DNA of 64,000 nucleotides from Octopus vulgaris (lineage: Eukaryota), in NCBI GenBank assembly GCA_951406725.2, contig OX597819.1, positions 129,332,001-129,396,000 of the forward strand, written 5' to 3'. Below the pieces are notes generated by a model, which ran no database searches, was not told where the DNA came from, and worked only from the letters and a program-made list of their open reading frames with translations. The translations under genes and the position numbers were made by a program. Of this stretch, positions 53,351 through 64,000 are shown piece after piece. Position 1 is the stretch's first letter, and each line of letters opens with the position of its first letter.

Positions 53351-53524
53351 CTGGAAAAAAAAAAGAAGAAAAAAAGTAGAAATTAAATTTTGAAGAAAAG
53401 GAAAAAGAAACAATAAGGAATTATATATAATTTCAGCAAAATTTAGATTCAGATGAATATGGTACTTAAGTTAAAGGCACCAGAATTGTGTATGGTATTA
53501 TCCATATAAATCAAATGGGGTGAT

Positions 53525-53689
53525 TATAATCAAAATAAGCAACAAGGATATCCAAGGTAGTGTAGTACAATCGTTTCAGGCTACTTCATTTTATTAAACA
53601 CTGTAAGTATTACTTACTGTGTTTAATAAAATGAAGTAGCATGAAACAATTGTACTACTCTACCTTGGATATCCTTGTTGCTTATTTTG

Positions 53690-53695
<6 letters not shown>
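53525..53695. repeat. 171-bp near-perfect palindrome (85-bp arms) in the Fem-1 intron
   Basis: tataatcaaaataagcaacaaggatatcc...gtaagta-t-tacttac...ggatatccttgttgcttattttgattata. A related single arm lies at ~15183-15260. Confidence 0.95.
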
Positions 53696-53735
<40 letters not shown>

Positions 53736-54189
53736 TATATAGAAAGCAAATACAAATAACAAAAAAATGTACAAGGGACATTCACAGTTAATATTAGGTT
53801 GGTATTCAGGGAAGGAATAGAAATTATAGAGTAATAGTCATGTTTCAGAATAGTTTTTCGTCAGACACTAAAGAAAAGTCTAAGAGAGACTGAGAAGAGA
53901 CGGGAAAAGAGATTTTTAAAAAAAAGCCGAGTCAGGTAAAAATGCACATAGGTTATGTTCACCTGATACACACAAATCTTTACAAAGAGAAAGAAAATGT
54001 CATCACATGTAGAAAAGAAAAATAGTGATTATCAATGGTCTAAATATTGGCAATCCATCATTTTGGATCTCGTTGTTCGGCAATTTCCATAAAAATTTTC
54101 ATTTATTTATTTTTATTCACTTTTCAAAGCAAAAGTCAGGTTCTGTAGGTGGTGAAAAACGAAAGATGGCCCTTGTTTGTATGTTTATA

Positions 54190-54693
54190 TGTATCAGACA
54201 TTTGCCATATCCTGAACGCCTTACTTCCCTGGGCATGGACACATTGAAACTCCGACGTCTGGCAGCTGACTTGGCAGACACCCATAAAATTATCAACCAT
54301 CTTACAAACAATAACTCTGAGCACCTCTTCAAACTCCACCCATCTAACACCCGTGGACATATTTACAAAGTAAGAAAACGGCACAGCTCCCATGACTTCA
54401 GGAAACATTTTTTCACGCTAAGAGTTGCTGAAGCATGGAACAAACTGCCGGCATCAGTTGTTAGTTGTCGGAGCACTGCATCCTTCAAGGCTTCCATGCT
54501 TCCTGAGATTCGCCAACACTACACCTGAGCTTTCTCCCCTCCATACACACGCAAGCATGTATCTGACTCATACATTGTTCACTTTCCAGACATTTTTACA
54601 TTACTGCATGTACTTTATATGCACTTTCTGACAAGTTGTGGTGCACCTGAGCACTGTATACAATAATTTCATTATTATTATTATATTATTATT
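54190..54693 (+). mobile_element. CR1-group LINE 3' fragment
   Basis: YPERLTSLGMDTLKLRRL...TRGH...FFTLRVAEAWNKLP with an (att)n tail. Same family as 37930-38330. Confidence 0.88.
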
Positions 54694-54819
54694 ATGTACG
54701 TTTTGGTACTACTTGAGAACAGTGGTCCCGATGCGCGCACTCGCGTAGTCACGCATCCGTGCCAGCTTGTCGTGACTAGTCGATCCTACAACGACTATCT
54801 AGCAAAGTAAATAAAACAC

Positions 54820-55204
54820 AGTGCCGGTAGCACATAAAAAGCACCATCCGAACGTGGCCGATGCCAGCGCCGCCCCGACTGTCTTCTGTGCCAGTGGCAC
54901 ATAAAAAGCACCATCCGAACGTGGCCGTTGCCAGCGCCGCCTTGGCTGGCTCCCGTGTCGGTGGCACGTTAAAAGCTCCAACCGATCATGGCCGATGCCG
55001 GACCCCCTGGCACCTGTGCAGGTGGCACGTAAAAAGCACCCACTACACTCGCGGAGTGGTTGGCGTTAGGAAGAGCATCCAGCTGTAGAAACTCTGCCAG
55101 ATCAGACTGTAGCCTGGTGCAGCCTTCTGGCTTCCCAGATCCCCGGTCGAACCGTCCAACCCATGCTAGCGCGGAAAACAGAAGTTAAACGATTATGATG
55201 ATGA
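54820..55204 (+). mobile_element. RTE 3' UTR copy (further copies ~58013-58420 -, 59090-59475 -, 60575-60728 -, 60752-61003 +, 61440-61730 + diverged, 61960-62088 +)
   Basis: Motif array followed by ggttggcgttaggaag.gcatccagctgtagaaac and a (gat)n tail. Confidence 0.88.
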
Positions 55205-56321
55205 AAGTAAATGACACACAAAAACACAAAGTAAGGATCCACTAGTCACGACTAGCTAGCACAGATGTGCGAGTACGTGAGTGCGCGCACCGGAACCACT
55301 GTTCACAAGTAGTACCCGTGTTTTTGTGTGTGTGAGTGAATCCGTGAAAATTGAAACACGCTGCCACGAGCGCATGTGTTCGCACGCATGCGTACCCCCA
55401 TTATCATACACACATACAAATAAACAAACAAAAAAGGGGCCATCTTTCGTTTTTCACCTGCCTCACCCACTTCAAAGCGGGTGTTGGCTTCAACAGGACG
55501 TGAAAATAAAAAGTAAAATAAATAAATAAAAACTTTACGGAAATTGCGAAACGATGGCAAAGTCTGAGACTCACAACGTGACATCACGTGCGCTGTTGCG
55601 TAGTTGATGAAAGTTGCTTCAATCAGGACCAGGCAATCTGTTACTATACTGAAGTTCCATATCCACTGTGTCATTCTTTATTTAAGTCGGTGAAGTGAGG
55701 GAGATTTAGTTGTTGTTTTTAGTAGGTAAAGCAACTAATGACAGAAGCTCTATCATTAGCTAGTCTGCATTTTCCATTTAAAGATATCATAATTGTAAGA
55801 GAATGATTTTTTCTAACGAGCACAAGCGGTGTGTGTGAAGTGGAATGATGGAATGACTTCAACAAAGAATCAGACCAAGATAAAAATTATATCAGAATAA
55901 CAGATTCGGAAAAAAAAAAAACCCTAAATAATAAGGAAAAGATAACGGTGAGAATTGTCATTGAGTTTACTGCCCTTCTTCAAGGCTTGTCAAGAAAGAG
56001 GTGATGAACTAAACCACTTTTAGCCACGTGTTTTATCATCAAACATGGAACCAGTTTAATGATCCAAGGGGAAAATAACTTATGCGTTCGCTAGACTTGC
56101 CAAAAACAACAGCTGAATCTTTCGTAAATCACACTCCCTGACCCTAAAACGAAGCAGGATACATTGGACAATGTAGCCATTATAGGACTGTGCAAGATTG
56201 TTACTTTTTGAAATGAATTGCATCAGATCAAGCCATGAAGCTAAATAGAAATAGGAAACAGACGCAACTAGGTATGTGAATTTAAATATAATCCTTTTAA
56301 GGTGATTAATATTAGATAAAT

Positions 56322-56557
56322 AGGCGAGCTGGCAGAAACGTTAGCACGCTGGGCGAAATGCTTCGTGGTATTTCATGTGTCGTTACGTTGTGAGTTCAAA
56401 TTCCGCTGTGAGTTCAAATTCCGCTGTGGTCGACTTTGGCTTTCATCCTTTCGAGGTTGATTAAATAAGTACCTGTTACGCACTGGGGTCGATGTAATCG
56501 ACTTAATCCCCTTGTTTGTCCTCTCTATGTTTAGCCCCTTGTGGGTAGTAAAGAAAT
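56322..56557 (+). mobile_element. SINE family A with a duplicated B-box segment
   Basis: tgtgagttcaaattccgc occurs twice in tandem. Confidence 0.85.
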
Positions 56558-57213
56558 ATATATTGTTAGGAGTTTGGCTAAGTGCAGTTTCTTGGCGACC
56601 CACTTTGGGTGTGGCGCCGGCATGTCTGGAGGAAAAGTGACAGTCCTTTGTTTACTGGGAGATTAATGGGACCTTGTGACCCTGTGCGGGTGAATTAGGG
56701 GTCGTTCTAGACACCCCTTGAATATGTGAGGAAGAATCTAGCAGTAGTAAGAAAAAGATAGAGTAAGGAATCTAAGAGCAGATGGAGAGGGTATTGGCAG
56801 TAAGAGAGGATGAGGGGCAGAGAGAAGAAAAGTAGTGAGAGAGATAGAGTATAAGGCTAAGGGACAGATTGAGGCGATAGAGATAGGCAGTAAGGGAGCA
56901 GGGCAGTTAGAGAGGAAGTGAGGTCTTGGCAGTTGGAGTCGGTCGTCGAAGAAGGACAGTCGGATTCTGGAAGTCGGCAAGGAGTTGGAATTTTAGGAGC
57001 AAGTTGGGATGCGAGAGCTTGGCGGCACAGAAGGAAATATGTACAGAGGAATTGGCGGTACGGAGAGATGAGGTGCAATATTGGAACACTGGCGATTCAA
57101 TTAGGAATTAAGGTATTTAATTGTATTGATATGCGTTACGATGTAAAAGAAAAGAAAGAGAAAAGAAGAGAGAAAAAGAAGGACTCTGATGTAGACGATA
57201 ATGAACTTTGAAC

Positions 57214-57641
57214 TGTAACGTGAATTGTTGTGATACGAACATTGTATAATGTATCGATTATAGTGTTCTGATTGGACTGTGACGTAACGTGTACCTTTGG
57301 AATACTGTATATGACTTGTTGTGTCTCCGGACTGATATATTGTTACATGCATGTTGTTAAATGCTTTGATCTGTGGTATACCCGTATGATGTATTGATTT
57401 GTTGTTTGCCTTAAATGCTTTGATGTTGTAACCATTGATTGTCATATAAACTAGTTGTTGAATGTAAGCCAGTGTTGCCGTCTTGCCTTGCCTCTGTGCC
57501 TCTGTATCTCTCTGTGCTGCTGCGGTTGTTGTTGTTGTGTCTCTCCTCTCCTCTCTCCGACGAGTTTCCGTGGCGAGAACATTCGCTGATCGAGTCGGGC
57601 CTGTCTGAGGGATTCCGTACAGTTTTCGGAGGTCCCCTCGT

Positions 57642-57645
<4 letters not shown>
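57214..57645. mobile_element. Possible solo LTR
   Basis: Ends tgtaacg...cgtaaca (TG...CA), ~430 bp. No TSD was found. Confidence 0.3.
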
Positions 57646-57697
<52 letters not shown>

Positions 57698-58739
57698 TCA
57701 CTCTCATGCACTCTGTGTGTGTGTGTGTGTGTGAGTGAAGAGAGGAAGAGAGCATATTAGATATCAAACGAGACCACCAATACTCATTCTTGGTTGCTTA
57801 GTCACACTAAAAATATCACACCCATTCATATGGAATTAATCAATATGTTACATTTATAGATGATTGATAGTTAAACAAAACTATTGTCAATCATGACTTA
57901 TATTTACTGCAATTATATGAGATGCTTTGGAAAGAAGCCTCCAACTATGAACCAGATCACGGAAGTAATGGAAAAGTAATGATCCTGGTTTCTAGGATCA
58001 CTTTCAACTGCCAATCATCATCATCATCATCATCATTGTTTAACGTCCGCTTTCCATGCTAGCATGGGTTGGACGATTTGACTGAGGTCTGGTGAACCAG
58101 ATGGCTGCACCAGACTCCAATCTGATCTGGCAGAGTTTCTACAGCTGGATGCCCTTCCTAACGCCAACCATTCCGAGACTGTAGTGGATGCTTTTTAACG
58201 TGCCACTGGCACGAGGGCCAGACAGGCGGTACTGACAATGGCCACGCTCAAATGGTGCTTTTTATGTGCCACCTGCACACGTGCCAGTCCAGCGGCACTG
58301 GCAACGACCTCGCTCAAATCCTTTTTTTCACGTGTCACCAGCAGAATTGCCAGTAAGGCGACGCAGGTAACGATAACGCTCAAATGGTGCCTTTTACGTG
58401 CCACCGGCACTGAGGCCTGACAGTGAATAAAGATTTTACGTGTAGCAGATCTACAGAAGTAGTTAATGGAAGTGCAGTAGCAAAATAAACTCCTCTCAAT
58501 GCCTAGAAAACTTTATAGAATTAGTCGACATTTTCTGTTAATTGGACGAGTTAATCAAGCAGTGGAACTCTCCCAAAACCCTGTAGCCAGAAAATCTACA
58601 AAATAGAAAAAAATCAAGGAGCTGTTACCTCAGATGGCAACAAGGGGATTCTCTCTCTCTCTCTTTCGTCAAAGACAGTGGGTAGGGAAAGGAGAAACAT
58701 TGGCACCCCAGGCTAAAGGAGGTCTTCAGCCACATAAGG

Positions 58740-58975
58740 GGTTGTTATGAAAGGTTGAGTCCACTTTGTTATCATTTGGTTTGGGTTCAAAAGCTCAAAG
58801 AAGATCTCCTGCGAGCAGTGTGAGTCAGTGCATGAAGAAAATTGACTGCCATTCATTTCAAGACGAAAGGTGTTCTTCCATCAGGATAATATTCAGCCAC
58901 ATACAGCAAGGATGACATTCCAAATGCTGGAGCAGTTTGAATGGGAAACTATGCCCCACCCACCATATTCGCCCG
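58740..58975 (+). mobile_element. Mariner transposase fragment
   Basis: VFFHQDNIQPHTA...WETMPHPPYSP. Confidence 0.75.
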
Positions 58976-59962
58976 GAGAAGAATGGTGGTTGTTTTTGAG
59001 GCTCCTAACCTCTGGCCATGAGTGTGGGAATATCCATTTACACATACACATCTGCATGTCTTTTGTCGAAGAAATGCGTAACTTTCACTGATCATCATCG
59101 TCATCATCATCGTTTAGCGTCCGCTTTCCATGCTAGCATGGGTTGGACGGTTCGACCGGGGATCTGGGAAGCCAGAAGGCTGCACCAGGCTCCGGTCTTA
59201 TCTGGCAATGTTTCTACAGCTGGATGCCCTTCCTAACGCCAACCACTCCGTGAGTGTAGTGGGTGCTTTTTACGTGCCACCTGTACTGGTGCCAGGCGAG
59301 GCTGGCATCAGCCACGGTTGGATTGGTGCATTTTACGTGCCACCGGCACGGAAGCCAGTCGAGGCAGCACTGGCTTCAGCCACGATTCGGATGGTGCTTT
59401 TTACGTGCCACCGACACGGAAGCCAGTCGAGGCGGCGCTGGCATCGACCACGATTCGGATAGTGCTTTTTACGTATCTCCAGTCCAGGGATATCTATAGC
59501 AATATAAGATGTAACCAAAGGTGCAAAAAAAAAAAAAGAAAATGTAAATGTGTGTGTTCAAACTAAAATACCTTATCAGAAATGCAGTCAACCAATGACT
59601 ACTATGAATTGTTCATGAAAACCTACACTGTATAGGTGCAGGCATGTCTGTGCACATAGGTTCAGGCATGGTTGCACAGTTGAGAAGATCACTTTGCACT
59701 CACTTGATTTTGGATTCAGTCCCAGTGGACATACCTTGGGAAAGAGTCCACTACTATAGCCCCAGGTTGACCAATGCCTAGTGAGTGAATTTAGTGGGAA
59801 AAAATACTGTCTAGAAGCTCATCATATATATCATCATCATCATCATTAAGAAAACAAAGCTATAACAATCGGATTTAGACAAAGTTGTATAATAGAGAAT
59901 TACAAGAGACATCCGAGATGGGAAAACGAGAAGAAAGTAGGCAAGCTATCTTTATATGACAA

Positions 59963-60383
59963 CTAGCAGTATCACCCGGCGTTGCTCGGGTTTGTAAGGG
60001 AAATAACTATATAAGCATTTTTAGAGAGTTACTTCCCTTATATAATAGCCAAAAAATGCATTAAAAATGGGAAAAAATGATGGTAAATTATTTTTTAATC
60101 GTGGACTCATTGTAGACGCGCGCTAATACCCAGAAGGGCTCAATATGAATCACGACTATAAGATACCCGGTTTTGGTTACACTGCACCGCAGTGGACGTT
60201 AAACGATGATGATGATGATTGGCAGTTGAAAGTGATCCTAGAAACCAGGATCATTACTTTTCCATTACTTCCGTGATCTGGTTCATAGTTGGAGGCTTCT
60301 TTCCAAGAAAGGCTTCTTTCCAAAGTAGTTAGGAATCTAAATCATAGGAGACAGACACACAACTTGACTTTTATATATAAAGA
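59963..60383 (-). mobile_element. Non-autonomous Helitron carrying an inverted copy of nearby DNA
   Basis: Minus strand a|TCtttatatataaaag ... cccgagcaacgccggg hairpin ... CTAG|t, inserted between A and T. Confidence 0.85.
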
Positions 60384-63300
60384 TGTATAAGGAAGATAAG
60401 AGTGGTTTGTCTTATAACCAGAGTAGATGTTGAGAAATAGGTAAGAAGGAAAATGGTCAAACTGGATGTAACAGATGGAAAGAAATAACATAGATGTTAC
60501 GGTTTTAAATGTTGTTGTTGTTGCCATTACTATCATTTAACCCCTGGGCAACCCTTACTCTGGTTTATCATCATATATATCTATCATCATCGTTTAACAT
60601 CCGCCTTCCATGCTAGCATGGATGGGACTATTTCACAAGAGCCGGCTAGGCCGAAACCTGCACCAGACTTCTGTGACTGTTTTGGCAGGATTTTTATAGC
60701 TGGATGCCCTTCCTAACACCAACCACTCAGCAATATATATATAAATATATATGCTGGTGGCACGTAAAAACCACCATCCGTCCGTGGCCGTTTGCCAGCT
60801 CCGTCTGGCACCTGTGCGGGTGGCACGTAAAAAGTACCCACTACACTCACGGAGTGGTTGGCGTTAGGAAGGGCATCCAGCTGTAGAAACACTGCCAGAT
60901 CAGACTGGGCCTGATGCAGCCTTCTGGCTTCACAGACCCCAGTTGAACTGTCCAACCCATGCTAGCATGGAAAGCGGACGCTAAATGATGATGATGATGA
61001 TGATATATCCCTATATCACAGTATTAAACAGACTGTCAGATGTTGTTATACACTGCTGGTCACACATTGAGCTTCTCATTCTTTTAGTTTTTGAATGATA
61101 CCACCCAACTTGTTAAGCAAGCAGACCAACATTCTCCATGACCAGAAGGCTATTCCATCACCAGGCTATTGCATCACTGAGTGGACTGGAGCAACATGAA
61201 ATCAAGTGTTTTGTCAAGAACTCAATGTACTACCTGATCCAGGAATTGAAACCACGATCTAGTGACCACAAGTGCAATACCCTCAACACTAGGTCATGTG
61301 CCTTCATACACACACACACTGTAGACAGGCAGTCTTTGACTTCTTCAGTCCAAAGGATTTTTAACCCACAGGCATGTCATTTAGGCCATGTCTCCCACCC
61401 CATATGCACTCCTCTTAGCTGAGAGGTATTTGTCTTGCAGGCTCACTGGTGCTATGTTAAAAGCACTCATGGTGTTACCACATTAAAAGTAATTGTGTCA
61501 GTGCTGCATTAAAAGCACTTATGCCAGTACCACATTAAAAGCACTCATGCTTGTGTCAAGTTAAAACCACTCATTACACTTTGTGAAGTAGTAGGGGTTG
61601 GGAAGGGCATCCAGCTGTAGAAACCAGGCCAAAACGCACAACCGAAACTTGGACAGCTTCCAGGCTGACCAGATTCTGTCAAACCATCCAATCCAGGTCA
61701 GCATGGATAACAGATGTTAAGTTATGATTATACACACACACACACACATATAATTGCATTTGTTTGTGTTTGTCCCCTGCCCCACCACTTGACAACCAGT
61801 GCTGGTTTGTTTATGACTCCGTAATTAAGCAGTTTGGCAACAGACACTAATAGAAGTAGTAACAATTTTAAGAGTACACACACACACACGCACACACACA
61901 AGTACACTATACATGTGTACTATAAGTACACACATAGATGCAAACATATTTTTATTTGAAGATACAGATCAAGATTGGGGCCTGGTGCAGCCATCTGGTT
62001 CGCCAGCCCTCAGTCGAAATCATCCAACCCATGCTAGCATGGTAAGCGGACGTTAAACGACGATGATGATGATGATGATGATGATGATACAACACAACTA
62101 CAAAATAAATATCCCGACAACCTTCTCTAAAAGACAAAAAGTGGTGCTGAAAATATGACTAAAGTGGAAATATCTACTTCCAAAGATTTCATAATTAAAC
62201 TAGCACTATGTGCGAGCCCTCTAACTGAAAAATTGTGGATTTGTATAAAGGATACACACACACACAGACAGACATTTTGCCGTTAATATAGAGAGAGATA
62301 CACATCATTAAAACTTTCTTTTTCAACTCCTCAAGATGTTTCGTTCCTGCACCAAGTTAAACCAATGTTTTTAGTTTAATTCTTATTTTTCAATTTCAAA
62401 ACTGGGTTATTGATAATGATGAAAGTGGTGATGGTGGTGGTGGTGGTAGTGGTGACAGGAAGTTCAAAGTAATGATAGAGTAGCAGGGAATCACAATGAA
62501 TGAAGAAGGAAGGAAAGAACAAAAACGAAAGAAAAAAAAAGAAAGAAAACCAGCAAGTAGGTTTTGTTTGTAGCACATAATTGGCATTGATGACAAATCT
62601 ATGGCTCATCCAAGTAGAATTTCAAATCCTGGAAACAATGCAAAATTCTACAGCTATGATTACACAGCTACAAGTCCACAAAAGGTGGTGGGAGTCACGT
62701 GACTGTTGGACCTGCTACATGTAGCGGCAGATTTCTTTCAACTCATTCATGTTGTTCAGTCTTAAACAAAAAAAAAAAGGATTCATTGGATCCCTACATT
62801 CAACAACATTATATCTTAGAAGACAAAATTAAAATGAAAAGCAGTGACAGACAGACAGGATGCCTTTGATTAAAATCAACAAAATAAAACAGCTCAGCGC
62901 CACCCCACCCCCGCCTCCCAAGAAAAAGAATTTATAAAACAGAGGTGCAAATTTCTTTTTTTTTTTTTTTTATGTATAGAGAAAAACAAAAGACGAACAG
63001 ACATGAGATGGCAGTTAATAACTTTGAAAAATAGAAGCTTTGAACCAAGAGGAAGTTTGTGAGAGATAATTGCTGAGATAGAAAAGAAGAAAAGCTTCAT
63101 CATAACAATTAATATTTCTAGTGATGATTCTGATGATGATGATGATGATGGCGGTGGTATTTAATGATGGTGCTTCTGCTGCTGAAGATGGTGATGATGA
63201 TGATGATTATGCTAGTGGTAGTGGTTGGTGATGATAATAACAATAAGTTAATGAGGGGGGGGGAGGGGGTTGATGATGAGAGTTGTTGGTGTTGGTAACC

Positions 63301-63841
63301 GTATTGCTATTTGATCACAGTAGGGGTGGATGCTGACAATTGCACTTAATGATGTGCCCCACTATAATATACACACACACACACACACGGCTTAAGTATT
63401 GGTGGAGAACAGAAACTAACTATGCAAGTTTCTTTATGTTTGTAGCAATGGAAAAAAAATTTTAAATATTGTGTCTGTGTTTGTCCCCCTAGCATTGCTT
63501 GACAACCGATGCTGGTGTGTTTACGTCCCCGTAACTTAGTAGTTCGGCGAAAGAGACCGATAGAATAAGTACTGGGCTTACAAAGAATAAGTCCCGGGGT
63601 CGATTTGCTCGACTAAAGGCGGTGCTCCAGCATGGCCGCAGTCAAAAGACTGAAACAAATAAAAGAGTAAAAGAGTATAAGCATAGGAGGAGCTGTATGG
63701 TAAGTAGATTGCTTACCAACCACATGGTTCTGGGTTCATTCCCACTGCATGGCACCTTGGGCAAGTGTCTTCTACTATAGCCTCGGGCCAACTAAAGCCT
63801 TGTGGGTGAATTTTGGTGGAAACTGAAAGAAGCCCGTCGTA

Positions 63842-63896
<55 letters not shown>

Positions 63897-64000
63897 ATAT
63901 GTTTGTGTGTCTGTGTTTTTCCTGCCAACATCGTTTGACAACCGATGCTGGTGTGTTTACGTCCCCGTAACCTAGCGGTTCGGCAAAACAGTCCGATATA

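Larger units (their letters stand above)
54070..55555. mobile_element. Old foldback/MITE-like element with long degenerate inverted arms, interrupted by two LINE fragments
   Basis: gtactacttgagaacagtggtcccgatgcgcgcactc / gagtgcgcgcaccggaaccactgttcacaagtagtac, and ggtgaaaaacgaaagatggccc / gggccatctttcgtttttcacc. Confidence 0.7.

Noticed and set aside
53835-53870. CTGACGA...GAAA on the minus strand as an active ribozyme
   Set aside because: Stem II is unpaired and there is a G at the cleavage position. I treat it as a decayed homolog only.
57101-57646. 181-aa minus-strand ORF
   Set aside because: It has no recognisable domain, a non-ATG start at a microsatellite edge, and it overlaps a possible LTR-like repeat.

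Overview
AT-rich, microsatellite- and transposon-dense animal genomic DNA. The SINE and LINE content suggests an octopus, but this is an inference. The only convincing host gene is the large terminal coding exon of a Fem-1 (FEM1A/C-like) ankyrin/TPR CRL2 substrate receptor on the minus strand (52026-53350); its upstream exons are not visible, so 53.35-64 kb is probably intron. The rest is interspersed repeat: two tandem Penelope-like elements (RT + GIY-YIG), several Tc1/mariner elements and a MITE, a decayed hAT element, Helitron/Helentron-type non-autonomous elements, RTE and CR1-group LINE fragments, and three tRNA-derived SINE families. Four observations stand out. (1) Several minimal hammerhead-ribozyme folds use three different 3-8 core pairs (C-G, U-A, G-C). 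(2) An RTE LINE carries a C4HC3 PHD-like finger inside its RT and a 3' UTR array of putative pseudoknot units; its truncated copies occur only in 39-62 kb. (3) A SINE and a LINE share a 3' tail. (4) There are several locally templated inverted duplications and hairpins. Most long ORFs in the supplied track are microsatellite artefacts. Repeat boundaries were read by eye and are approximate unless TIR/TSD coordinates are given.
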